From an uncultured Bacilli bacterium (lineage in GTDB: Bacteria > Bacillota_I > Bacilli_A > RF39 > UBA660), in contig CAKOZV010000005.1 of NCBI GenBank assembly GCA_934131695.1, forward strand, positions 372 to 64,371: a DNA stretch of 64,000 bases. The letters are read 5' to 3'. Below are positions 10,166-18,667 of the stretch, piece after piece. Made by a program: the position numbers and the translations under genes. How positions within the stretch are numbered: position 1 is the first letter of the stretch; the number at the start of each line of letters is the position of its first letter. A model generated the notes under the pieces. The model was not told where the DNA came from. It did not search any database and was given only the letters and a program-made list of their open reading frames with translations.

Positions 10166-10807
10166 TTATTTATTTGCTAATACAATTGATAATAGCGGTA
10201 TTAATAAGCTAAGAGAAATAATAATAAACGGAAGAATAAATCTAGTTACAAAGGCAGCTTTATTATTATCTTCTCCTAAATCCTGATACATAGCACCATA
10301 AGGAGTAGACTTAACCATCTTTCTACCTTTTCCACCATCAGACTCTAGACTCTTATTTATTTTTTCTATTTCATTTTTATTTCTAGCATTACAATAATCA
10401 CTATAGTAGAAATAGTTTTTCTCTAATAAGTTTCTTCTATAATAAGCAATATCTTCATTAGGTAACAACATAGATATCTCTTTAAAATTTTCTCTTAAAA
10501 AGTCCTGTTTCAAATAAGGATAGGTAGATGTATAAATAGCCACCTCTAATAGTGCTAAATTAAACATATTCTGATGAACTTCATCTAAAGGTTTATCACC
10601 TAGACTAGTTACATTCTGATAAACTACTGAGGCCGTTTTATTATTATCATCTTTAAAGAGAGTAATCGCTTCAGGATTAAATGAGTATACCTGATAATTA
10701 TTTTCATGTATATATTTAAGAGTTTGATCCATCGTATAAAATGTCTGCTGATAATCTTTAACATCATGATAGGAATTCATATAATCTTTTAACAATACTC
10801 TCATCAT
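10166..10807 (-). CDS. Tail-anchored hypothetical protein downstream of the SigH-like sigma factor (candidate sigma partner)
   Basis: About 213 aa. Soluble N-terminal region, then a single C-terminal TM (FILPFIIISLSLLIPLLSIVLA). Sits 24-30 nt downstream of the sigma gene on the same strand. I prefer ATG 10807, after AGGGTGAG. Confidence 0.55.
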   Translation of the reverse strand: MMRVLLKDYMNSYHDVKDYQQTFYTMDQTLKYIHENNYQVYSFNPEAITLFKDDNNKTASVVYQNVTSLGDKPLDEVHQNMFNLALLEVAIYTSTYPYLKQDFLRENFKEISMLLPNEDIAYYRRNLLEKNYFYYSDYCNARNKNEIEKINKSLESDGGKGRKMVKSTPYGAMYQDLGEDNNKAAFVTRFILPFIIISLSLLIPLLSIVLANK

Positions 10808-10837
10808 ATACACTCACCCTATCTTAATTTTACTCTA

Positions 10838-11443
10838 TTACCATTCTTTTTTCAATTCTTGTTGTAAACTTTTTTTGAGTTTTTCTACTATTTTACCTAC
10901 TGTAGTAGTAGATAACTCTAAAAGTTCTGCAATTTCTCTATACTTAAATCCATTATATCTTAACTCAAATACTTTTCTATCATATCCTTCAAGCTTATAC
11001 ATATATTGTTTAATAAAATCAAACAGTTCATTCTCTTCACAAACTTTACTTGGGTCATTATCCCACTTAACTTCTTCTTTAACATAGTCATTAATCTCAT
11101 AAGAATTAACATCATGTGGAAAACTATAAAGTATTTGATTTTTCTTAGCAAGTAATCCTCTTTTATAAAGAGAAAACTCTCTTGTTAGACAAGTAATAAA
11201 ATAAGTATAAAACAAAGCATTTTCTTTTTCATTATAAGTTTTAGTGGCTCTTAACAACACACTATTTCCTAAATTTATTAATTCATCAAACGAAAAAGAA
11301 GGAATATCATAATGATTTCTTTGATAATATTCCTTAGACTTTTCATAAATTAAAGGAGCATATTTTCTCTTTAATATATCTTTAGCTATTTCATCATTTT
11401 CATTAATAAGATAAAGAAGTTCGTAATCATTATAGTATTTCAT
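10838..11443 (-). CDS. Sigma-70 family factor, SigH-like by synteny
   Basis: 201 aa. Region-4 HTH YREIAELLELSTTTVGKIVEKLKK. Located after cysS-mrnC-rlmB, as sigH is in B. subtilis. Sequence is divergent. Confidence 0.7.
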   Translation of the reverse strand: MKYYNDYELLYLINENDEIAKDILKRKYAPLIYEKSKEYYQRNHYDIPSFSFDELINLGNSVLLRATKTYNEKENALFYTYFITCLTREFSLYKRGLLAKKNQILYSFPHDVNSYEINDYVKEEVKWDNDPSKVCEENELFDFIKQYMYKLEGYDRKVFELRYNGFKYREIAELLELSTTTVGKIVEKLKKSLQQELKKEW

Positions 11444-11448
11444 AGTAC

Positions 11449-12150
11449 CTACTTTCTATTTCGAACTACCTCATACATCATAATACCTGCTGCCACAGAA
11501 GCATTTAAGCTTTCTACATTTGAAGCAATAGGAATACTAGCTAGAAAATCACATGAATCTGTTACTAACTTGCTCATTCCTTTCCCTTCATTACCAATAA
11601 CAAGAGCTATTTTTCCACTATAATCTATCTGACGATAGTCACTCCCATTCATACTAGTACCTACTATCCAAAAGCCTTCTTTTTTTAATTCTTCGATTGT
11701 ATTTTTAATATTTGTAACTTGGACAACATCCATATCAAAAATAGTACCTACACTAGCTTTTACTACTGTACTAGTAACACCAACCTCTCTATCCTTAGGA
11801 ATAATAACACCATCAAAGGAAGAAGCAGCTGCTGTTCTAATAATCGCTCCTAGATTATGTGGATCTTCTAAATGATCAAGAATAATAATATTTTCTGGAT
11901 TCTTCTTCAAAAGTTCATTCAATGAACAGTATGAGTAGTCCATGTCTATCATTATACCTTGATGTAATCCTTTTGACAAAAAGTCAATTTCGCTTTTTGA
12001 GGCATAAAAGATCCTAGATTTAACGTTTTCAGGCAGCAATTTAGCAAATTTGCCCATCATACTATCCTGAATTACGATTTTTCGGATTTTTTTGCAGTTT
12101 TTTTCTTTTTTTAATATAGCTTCTGCCACATTATAACCATATACTATCAT
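11449..12150 (-). CDS. rlmB: 23S rRNA (guanosine-2'-O)-methyltransferase, TrmH/SpoU family
   Basis: 233 aa. SpoU motifs LDHLEDPHNLGAIIRTA, LVIGNEGKGMS and SLNASVAAGIMMYE. Synteny with mrnC. Confidence 0.85.
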   Translation of the reverse strand: MIVYGYNVAEAILKKEKNCKKIRKIVIQDSMMGKFAKLLPENVKSRIFYASKSEIDFLSKGLHQGIMIDMDYSYCSLNELLKKNPENIIILDHLEDPHNLGAIIRTAAASSFDGVIIPKDREVGVTSTVVKASVGTIFDMDVVQVTNIKNTIEELKKEGFWIVGTSMNGSDYRQIDYSGKIALVIGNEGKGMSKLVTDSCDFLASIPIASNVESLNASVAAGIMMYEVVRNRK

Positions 12151-12152
12151 AA

Positions 12153-12527
12153 CTACTCCATTTCTATCTTTTCCATTAGATTCTTAATTTTTTCATTATC
12201 GCCTTTTAAATATAAATAACCAATTACAGCTTCAAAAGCCGTAGCAAAATGATAAGTTGCTAAGTCACAACCTTTAGGTGGTTTGTGTCCCTTTGTATTT
12301 CTAGCTCTTCGTATTATAGTAAGTTCTTCTTCATTAAAAAAGTTATCATCAATCAACTTAGTAAGTATAGACGCTTGACTTTTAGCAGTTACATAAGAAA
12401 GAGATTCTTTTTGTAGACTACCAATATTAGGTATCTTTTTCTTAACTAGAAAAAGTCTTATATAAGTTTCATAAACACTATCACCTAGATAAGCTAAAAC
12501 TAAAGGATTAATTTCTTTTAAATTCAT
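12153..12527 (-). CDS. mrnC: Mini-ribonuclease 3
   Basis: LAYLGDSVYE RNase III-like signature. I prefer ATG 12527 (RBS GAGGAG), which removes the overlap with the upstream gene. Confidence 0.85.
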   Translation of the reverse strand: MNLKEINPLVLAYLGDSVYETYIRLFLVKKKIPNIGSLQKESLSYVTAKSQASILTKLIDDNFFNEEELTIIRRARNTKGHKPPKGCDLATYHFATAFEAVIGYLYLKGDNEKIKNLMEKIEME

Positions 12528-12531
12528 AATT

Positions 12532-13212
12532 CTACTCCTCATCATTTATTATTATATATATTGCTTTTTGAAAGAAAGAAGTCACTTTAAAAACTAGGGA
12601 AGCTACTGATAAACTTACTATAGAAAATAACATCTTAGTAGTTTTTTCTTTTAAAGTAGTAGTAATAATCTCTTCATGTCTTAATATATTAACAGTATCA
12701 TTTATTAATTTTCTTTCTTTAATATATAAGCATAAGTTACTTATGAAAGCAAAAATAAGAAGATAAACACCTATCCAAACAAGATTACTTATTTCAAAAC
12801 TTAGTCCTAGAATGACAATAGCATAACTAAATAATATAGTAAAATCTAAAAATGAATATAAATTCGATAAAACTCTAATTAAATATTTAGACTCATTATT
12901 CTTAATAAAAGATGAGACAAGATAACCACTAACTGCTACATCATAAATACTTTTACCTTCATAGATATCTTTAGATAAGTAAACAGTATCTTCAGTATAG
13001 AAATATCTATCACTGCCATCTATTTTTTCTATCTTTATATCTTTTAAATTATACTTAGCTAAGATAGATGCAACTATTTCTTTACCACTCTTATTACTAG
13101 CATCTATCTTTTTACTCTTATAACTTCTTACATAGTATATTACTGATAATACTGCTGAATAAATAATTATAACAATTAAAACTACTAAACTAATTATTTG
13201 ATATACTTCCAT
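12532..13212 (-). CDS. Membrane protein resembling the PF04298 'neutral zinc metallopeptidase' family but lacking HExxH
   Basis: 226 aa. N-terminal TM, a soluble segment, then 3-4 TMs. No HExxH anywhere in the sequence. Family resemblance is from memory of the family layout. Confidence 0.4.
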   Translation of the reverse strand: MEVYQIISLVVLIVIIIYSAVLSVIYYVRSYKSKKIDASNKSGKEIVASILAKYNLKDIKIEKIDGSDRYFYTEDTVYLSKDIYEGKSIYDVAVSGYLVSSFIKNNESKYLIRVLSNLYSFLDFTILFSYAIVILGLSFEISNLVWIGVYLLIFAFISNLCLYIKERKLINDTVNILRHEEIITTTLKEKTTKMLFSIVSLSVASLVFKVTSFFQKAIYIIINDEE

Positions 13213-13219
13213 TCAAAAC

Positions 13220-14611
13220 CTACTTTCTTTCAAAAGTTGTACCATCACGACCGTCTTTTAAAATTATTCCTTGTTCTAACAACTCATCACGTATTGCATC
13301 AGCCTTTTTATAGTCTTTTTCTTCCTTAGCTTTTCTTCTTTCTTCTATTTTAGCAATTATCCAAGAATCATCTTGACTATTTTCTTCTTCACTACTCATT
13401 AAGTCCAATGATAACACTTTATCAAAATCTTCTACCAAATATAATTTGCTCTTACCTGATAAATCTTCATCTTTTAAAACGTCATACAATAAAGTTATCA
13501 TATTAGAAGAATTTAAATCATTACTAATTGCCTCTTTAAATTTACTAATATAACTAGTTATTTTATCATTATTTAATTCGCCTTCATCTTTAATACTAGC
13601 TATTTTTCTCTTTAACTTTAGATATGCATTTTCTGCTCCATCTAGTATTTCATAACTAAAAGTCAACTGATTATGATAATAAGAATTTAAACATAAATAA
13701 CGATAACTTAACGGATTATAGCCTTTCTCTTCTAATAAGGATACTGTAAGAAATTCCCCTCTTGATTTACTCATCTTTCCGCCTTTATCATTCAAAAATC
13801 CCATATGTACCCAAAAGTCACACCAATTATGACCAAGGTAAGCTTCACTCTGAGCAATTTCATTAGTATGATGAGGAAAAACAGCATCTTCTGCTCCACA
13901 ATGAATATCTAAATAATCTCCTAGTTTCTCAATTGAAATACCAGAACACTCTATATGCCAACCAGGATATCCTACACCCCAAGGTGAATCCCATTTAAGC
14001 TCTTGATTATTAAACTTAGAATTGGTAAACCATAGTCCAAAGTCAAAAGGATTACGTTTAGAATTATCTTCTTCTATATCATTTCTAACTGCTACTAATA
14101 AATCATCTTTATTTCTACCTGATAATTCATAATATTTAGAAAACTTTGAAGTATCATAATAAACATTACCATTAGCAATATAAGCATAACCATCTTTTAA
14201 TAATTTTTCTATCATCTTTATATACATAGGTATATGATCAGTAGCAGGAGTTACTACATCTGGTTTTCTAATACCTAATTTTTTACAATCTGAAAAGAAA
14301 CAATCTGTATAATACTTAGCTATTTCCATTGAAGTTTTATGCTCTCTTTTAGCAGCTACAAGCATTTTATCTTCACCAGTATCGCCATCACCTACTAAAT
14401 GACCAACATCTGTAATATTCATCACTCTTTGAACATCATATCCTAGATACTTTAATCCTTTCTCTAAAATATCTTCTGATATATAAGTTCTTAAGTTACC
14501 AATATGAGCAAAATGATAAACTGTCGGTCCACAAGTATACATCTTTATAATATTACCATTCTTAGGTTTTAATTCTTCAATTTGTCTTGTTCTAGTATTG
14601 TATAATTTCAT
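13220..14611 (-). CDS. cysS: Cysteine--tRNA ligase
   Basis: 463 aa. Class I HIGH motif (HFAHIGN) and KMSKS motif (GKMSKSRG). Confidence 0.95.
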   Translation of the reverse strand: MKLYNTRTRQIEELKPKNGNIIKMYTCGPTVYHFAHIGNLRTYISEDILEKGLKYLGYDVQRVMNITDVGHLVGDGDTGEDKMLVAAKREHKTSMEIAKYYTDCFFSDCKKLGIRKPDVVTPATDHIPMYIKMIEKLLKDGYAYIANGNVYYDTSKFSKYYELSGRNKDDLLVAVRNDIEEDNSKRNPFDFGLWFTNSKFNNQELKWDSPWGVGYPGWHIECSGISIEKLGDYLDIHCGAEDAVFPHHTNEIAQSEAYLGHNWCDFWVHMGFLNDKGGKMSKSRGEFLTVSLLEEKGYNPLSYRYLCLNSYYHNQLTFSYEILDGAENAYLKLKRKIASIKDEGELNNDKITSYISKFKEAISNDLNSSNMITLLYDVLKDEDLSGKSKLYLVEDFDKVLSLDLMSSEEENSQDDSWIIAKIEERRKAKEEKDYKKADAIRDELLEQGIILKDGRDGTTFERK

Positions 14612-14670
14612 ACTTTCTCCTCTTTTCTTTTATCTAAATTATCATAAAAGGTCATATTTTTCAAGGCTTA

Positions 14671-14700
14671 GAAAAAGCAGTTAATAATTAACTGCTTTTA
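14671..14700 (-). terminator. Rho-independent terminator of hpf
   Basis: On the - strand: AAAGCAGTTAA-ttat-TTAACTGCTTT followed by a TTTTTC run, immediately after the hpf stop. Confidence 0.6.
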
Positions 14701-14701
14701 T

Positions 14702-15235
14702 CTATAAAGATTCAATTAAACCATAACCTCCGTTTTTTCTTTTATAAACAACTGCTTCTTTTGATGTATCAATATTTTTAAATAGATAAAACTGATGTCC
14801 TAAAAGCTCCATTTGTAAAATTGCTTCTTCTTCATCCATAGGTTTTACTTCTATTTGTTTTCTTTTAATTATTTTATCTTCTTTTTCTTCATATTCAATA
14901 TCAGTTAAATCAATCATCTTAAAATCTATTCTTGTCTTATCTTCCCTAGACTTTAATCTTGTTTTATTCTTTCTAATTTGACGTTCCATTACATCTATTG
15001 CTTTATCTACAGCTGCATAAAAATCTTCTTGTGTTTCTTCAGAACGAATAATAAAATTGTGAAGTGGAATAGTTATCTCCACTGTCTGACGATGTGAAGA
15101 TACTCTTACTACTACACTTGCTCTAACAGCATCACTATTTTCTAGATATTTATCTAGTCTTTTTAGTTTCTCCTTAATATAGTCTTTCATTGCTTTAGTA
15201 ACTTCAATTTTGTCACCACGGATAATTATTTCCAT
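14702..15235 (-). CDS. hpf: Ribosome hibernation promoting factor (long form)
   Basis: MEIIIRGDKIEVTKAMKDYIKEKL plus a C-terminal dimerisation domain (EEAILQMELLGHQFYLFKN). ATG 15235 is preceded by AAGGAGAG. Confidence 0.9.
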   Translation of the reverse strand: MEIIIRGDKIEVTKAMKDYIKEKLKRLDKYLENSDAVRASVVVRVSSHRQTVEITIPLHNFIIRSEETQEDFYAAVDKAIDVMERQIRKNKTRLKSREDKTRIDFKMIDLTDIEYEEKEDKIIKRKQIEVKPMDEEEAILQMELLGHQFYLFKNIDTSKEAVVYKRKNGGYGLIESL

Positions 15236-15332
15236 ATTATCACTCTCCTTATACCTGTAGTATAGCATAATACTTAAAAAAAAAGAAGATAATTTCTTGT
15301 CAAAAATTATGTAAAATTTATGGGAAATAATG

Positions 15333-15364
15333 AAAAGAACTAGCTATCTTACAGTAGCTGGTTC
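15333..15364 (-). terminator. Candidate terminator overlapping the csp stop codon
   Basis: 10-bp stem with one mismatch (GAACCAGCTA / TAGCTAGTTC on the - strand), followed by TTTTC. Confidence 0.45.
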
Positions 15365-15562
15365 TTTTATAGGCGTTACATCAACGGCTTGATATCCTTT
15401 ACTTGTTTCTAGTAAAGTAAACTCTACATATTGACCCTCCGATAAAGTCTTATAACCGATGATGTTAATAGTTGAATAATGGACAAAGATATCTTCATTT
15501 TCTTTGTATTCAATGAATCCATATCCTTTATCATTATTAAACCATTTTACTTTGCCTATCAT
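15344..15562 (-). CDS. Cold-shock protein, CspA family
   Basis: MIGKVKWFNNDKGYGFIE (RNP1) and DIFVHYS (RNP2). ATG 15562 is preceded by GGAGGTG. Confidence 0.9.
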   Translation of the reverse strand: MIGKVKWFNNDKGYGFIEYKENEDIFVHYSTINIIGYKTLSEGQYVEFTLLETSKGYQAVDVTPIKEPATVR

Positions 15563-15826
15563 TTGGCTCACCTCCATAAATTATTACACCAACTAAGTAC
15601 GTCCCGGTTTTTGAACTTCTTAAAACGATGTAATTGCATCTTATCATAGTTTTTTCTATTTTTTAGATTTTTACCGTAAATGGTTTTTAAAATACTCTAA
15701 ACGGTATAATTTATCATTTATTATGACAAGTAATATTCTATTAATATAGTGTAATCTTGCAAAGGAGCCAATTTAAGCTATGGTTACTTTTTTATAGTAT
15801 TATTAAAGCAACAAGAGAGGTATAAA

Positions 15827-16411
15827 ATGAAAGAAAGATTTTTAAATAATTGTATTTCTTTTGTTAAAAGTAACAATATAGAAATACAAGAAGAAGAACT
15901 AAGATATGGACTAGAAGGTATATATCTAACCTTTGGAAAATTTCTGATAATTTTTCCACTAGCATTCTTACTAGGAATATTCAAAGAATTTATTTTAACA
16001 CTAATATTCTTTAATATAATTAGATATCCAGCCTTTGGTATACATGCAAATAAATCTTCAACTTGCTTATTCTCATCAATACTTATATTGGTAGGTATTC
16101 CATTACTAATGTCAAAGATTACTATTACTTTACCAGTTAAAATAGCAATATGTATAATCACATTTATTTGTTTTATACTATATGCTCCAGCTGACACAGT
16201 AAAAAGACCTTTAACCAATAAAAGAAAAAGGATATTGAGAAAAATAGCAACATGTATAATAGCCATTATCTATTCAGTAATAATAATAATATTTAATAAT
16301 AATGATATTTCTATATATTTATTATCAGGAATGATAATAGAAACAATTCTAATTTTACCTATTACTTATAGGATATATGGTATGCCATATAGGAATTATT
16401 TAATGGTTTAA
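15827..16411 (+). CDS. agrB: AgrB-type accessory gene regulator protein B (AgrD-processing membrane peptidase)
   Basis: 194 aa polytopic protein. RYPAFGIHANKSSTC has His73 and Cys80 spaced 7 apart, like the catalytic H77/C84 of S. aureus AgrB. RBS AGAGAGG upstream. Confidence 0.85.
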   Translation: MKERFLNNCISFVKSNNIEIQEEELRYGLEGIYLTFGKFLIIFPLAFLLGIFKEFILTLIFFNIIRYPAFGIHANKSSTCLFSSILILVGIPLLMSKITITLPVKIAICIITFICFILYAPADTVKRPLTNKRKRILRKIATCIIAIIYSVIIIIFNNNDISIYLLSGMIIETILILPITYRIYGMPYRNYLMV

Positions 16412-16452
16412 ATGTTATTTATTTAACATTTAAAATAGAATAGGAGTTAAGT

Positions 16453-16572
16453 ATGAAAAAAAGAGTTGCAAAATTACTAGTAGCTTTAGGAATGCTTGCT
16501 ACTGCATCTGCTAGTGTTGGATGTATTTGGTGGGCATTAGATGAACCAAAAGCATTAAAAGGAATGGACTAA
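16453..16572 (+). CDS. agrD: AgrD-type autoinducing peptide precursor (39 aa)
   Basis: Not in the track (<60 aa). TAGGAG RBS lies 6 nt before the ATG. Translation: MKKRVAKLLVALGMLATASASVGCIWWALDEPKALKGMD. It has a hydrophobic leader, a single Cys followed by 4 residues, then an acidic DEP tail. It sits directly after agrB. Confidence 0.7.
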   Translation: MKKRVAKLLVALGMLATASASVGCIWWALDEPKALKGMD

Positions 16573-16576
16573 AAGT

Positions 16577-17863
16577 TCATTCCTTTTCTATTATTATTTT
16601 TTGAATAAATTGATTGCCATTAATCACTGTTCTTGTTGAAATACCATTTTTTTTATTCAGTAATTTTTTAGCTAAATATAATCCTTTACCATGTGAGCCT
16701 CCCTTAGTAGTATATCCCTTAGTTCCTATTTTTGATAAATCAATTTTTTCTTTATAAGTATTTGATATTAAAAATGTTAAACCAATATTTGAATCATATA
16801 TTTCAAAATACAGTTCTCTTTCTTTTGACTCCTTAGAAGCTTCTATAGCATTATCAAAGAAAATTCCTATTAAATTACTCAAAATTCTATATTGACTTTT
16901 ACTAAATTTATAATTCTTAGTATTTATTTCACTACTTACATTTATAAACAACTTCAGATTTTCTCTGCTAGCTACTAAAAACTTATAATAAATTAAACTC
17001 TTTAATTCACCTTTCGGTATATTCTTAATTTTTCCTAATAAATAAGTATCAATAGTCAAATCAACATCAAGTATTTCTTCAATTTTGGATAGTATTTCCT
17101 TATCAGAGGTTATTGATGTAATCTTAGATAATTGATTTTTATACTCATGAATTTTTAAATCTTGTTCTTCTTGATAATTTTCTATATTACTCATACAATC
17201 ATATAATATGGTATTCTTTGTTTTAAGTTGTTCATATTTTATAATTCTTCTTATATAAATAAATACTAGACTCACAAATATCAAAATAATTACATTTGTA
17301 GTAAAATAAAATTTAGAGGGTATATATATTCCAATAATAACGTAATATGATAAACCTATGGCTATAGTAGCAAGTAAAATATAAATAATAGTATTTTTAT
17401 ATCTAATTTCTTTTATATGTTTTTGGCTTATCTTAGTAAATTTCCTAATATATTTTATTTTAAATAAGAAATAAGTAGATATTGAAATAAATAAATTAGT
17501 AAAAATTGTGTAAAATGGATTTATTGCACTATATCTAGCATAGTTTATTGCTACTGAACAGGCCACTAAATCAGGTATAATAGATATCAGCATAAAATAT
17601 AAAGTAAATACCATTCCTTCCGCAACAGAAAAGGAAAATATTTTTTTTAATGAAATAGCAGTAACTATAAACGATAAAATATTAAAGAAAAAACTATAAC
17701 CTACCTTATAAAGAAATAAGCAAGGAGAAATACTAATAAATAACCATAATAAAGTATAAAAGGAATAAAATTTTACTCTAGAATTTATAATAGACTTTAT
17801 ATTTAAAATAAGAAAAATATTCATTATTAAATTATTTATGCATTTCACTATAACCAAGGACAC
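16577..17863 (-). CDS. agrC: AgrC-like (HPK10) membrane sensor histidine kinase
   Basis: 428 aa. About 6-7 N-terminal TM segments, an H-box IHEYKNQL, an N-box FFDNAIEAS and a G-box GYTTKGGSHGKGLYL. The start is uncertain: GTG 17863 (AAAGGAG 10 nt upstream) or ATG 17824. Confidence 0.8.
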   Translation of the reverse strand: MSLVIVKCINNLIMNIFLILNIKSIINSRVKFYSFYTLLWLFISISPCLFLYKVGYSFFFNILSFIVTAISLKKIFSFSVAEGMVFTLYFMLISIIPDLVACSVAINYARYSAINPFYTIFTNLFISISTYFLFKIKYIRKFTKISQKHIKEIRYKNTIIYILLATIAIGLSYYVIIGIYIPSKFYFTTNVIILIFVSLVFIYIRRIIKYEQLKTKNTILYDCMSNIENYQEEQDLKIHEYKNQLSKITSITSDKEILSKIEEILDVDLTIDTYLLGKIKNIPKGELKSLIYYKFLVASRENLKLFINVSSEINTKNYKFSKSQYRILSNLIGIFFDNAIEASKESKERELYFEIYDSNIGLTFLISNTYKEKIDLSKIGTKGYTTKGGSHGKGLYLAKKLLNKKNGISTRTVINGNQFIQKIIIEKE

Positions 17864-18575
17864 GTTTCTTCAACTCCTTTCTTTTACTTCTTGCTACCAA
17901 ATCAGTTGATTCACCCGTAGAAAAAATCACTGTGTTTGTTTTAACATTGTATTCAATTATTTTATCTACATTAATAATTGCACTACGATGTGTTCTCAGA
18001 AAGCGATTATCTAGTAATTCTTCAATTTCTGCTAGAGATTTGGTTATTCTATATTCACCACTAGTGGTATATAAAATACAACACTTACTATTTAACTCTC
18101 GTTCTATAAAGACAATATCTCTATACTTAATTTTGAAAACAGAATAGTCCTTTTCAAAGGTTAAACAAGAATCTGTACTCCTATATTTAGAAAGTACTAT
18201 AGCAATAACTTCTTCCAATTGCTCATAACCTTTTTTAGACTTTTTAACATAGTCTAAGACATCCAAACGGCTAGTTAAAATCTTATTTCTATACTTACTA
18301 AAATTAGTTACAAAAATGATTAGTGAACTCCAATCACCTAGTTTGTACCTTATATATCTAGCCACATCAATTCCATCTATTTCTGGCATTTGAATATCTA
18401 AAAAGTAAACATTAAAACCATTAGGATTCTTAGCAAAATTGAAAAATTTCTCATCATAATAACTAAAAAAATGAGTTTTATATTCAACTGTACTTTTCAT
18501 CATACAATAATCTATTTTCTCCTTAATAGAATTTCTAAATATTTCCTCATCATCACATATAATAAAATTTATCAT
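17832..18575 (-). CDS. agrA: AgrA-like response regulator with LytTR DNA-binding domain
   Basis: MINFIICDDEE receiver start, LDIQMPEIDG, and a C-terminal LytTR domain (FLRTHRSAIINVDKI). I prefer ATG 18575 (GGAGGT 7 nt upstream). The track start at 18728 would overlap tagO. Confidence 0.85.
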   Translation of the reverse strand: MINFIICDDEEIFRNSIKEKIDYCMMKSTVEYKTHFFSYYDEKFFNFAKNPNGFNVYFLDIQMPEIDGIDVARYIRYKLGDWSSLIIFVTNFSKYRNKILTSRLDVLDYVKKSKKGYEQLEEVIAIVLSKYRSTDSCLTFEKDYSVFKIKYRDIVFIERELNSKCCILYTTSGEYRITKSLAEIEELLDNRFLRTHRSAIINVDKIIEYNVKTNTVIFSTGESTDLVARSKRKELKKRVLGYSEMHK

Positions 18576-18637
18576 CTGGTATACCTCCGACTCCTTAATT
18601 TTACCATATTTTTCCATAAAAGTGGATATTTTTGCAG

Positions 18638-18667
18638 TAAAAAACCAGTAGCTGTTTAACCACTGGT
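18638..18667 (-). terminator. Candidate terminator of tagO
   Basis: ACCAGT / ACTGGT 6-bp stem with a 12-nt loop, followed by TTTTTT on the - strand. It overlaps the tagO stop codon. Confidence 0.4.

Noticed and set aside
14612-14701. Possible T-box leaders upstream of cysS (and argS at 31606-31710)
   Set aside because: The leaders are only about 90-105 nt and very AT-rich, with no specifier/antiterminator architecture. The hairpin at 14671-14700 is the hpf terminator.
15784-16266. 160-aa ORF on the - strand opposite agrB
   Set aside because: It lies entirely antisense to a gene with clear AgrB motifs. Its composition is low-complexity I/L/K/S-rich, typical of AT-rich antisense frames, and it has no RBS.
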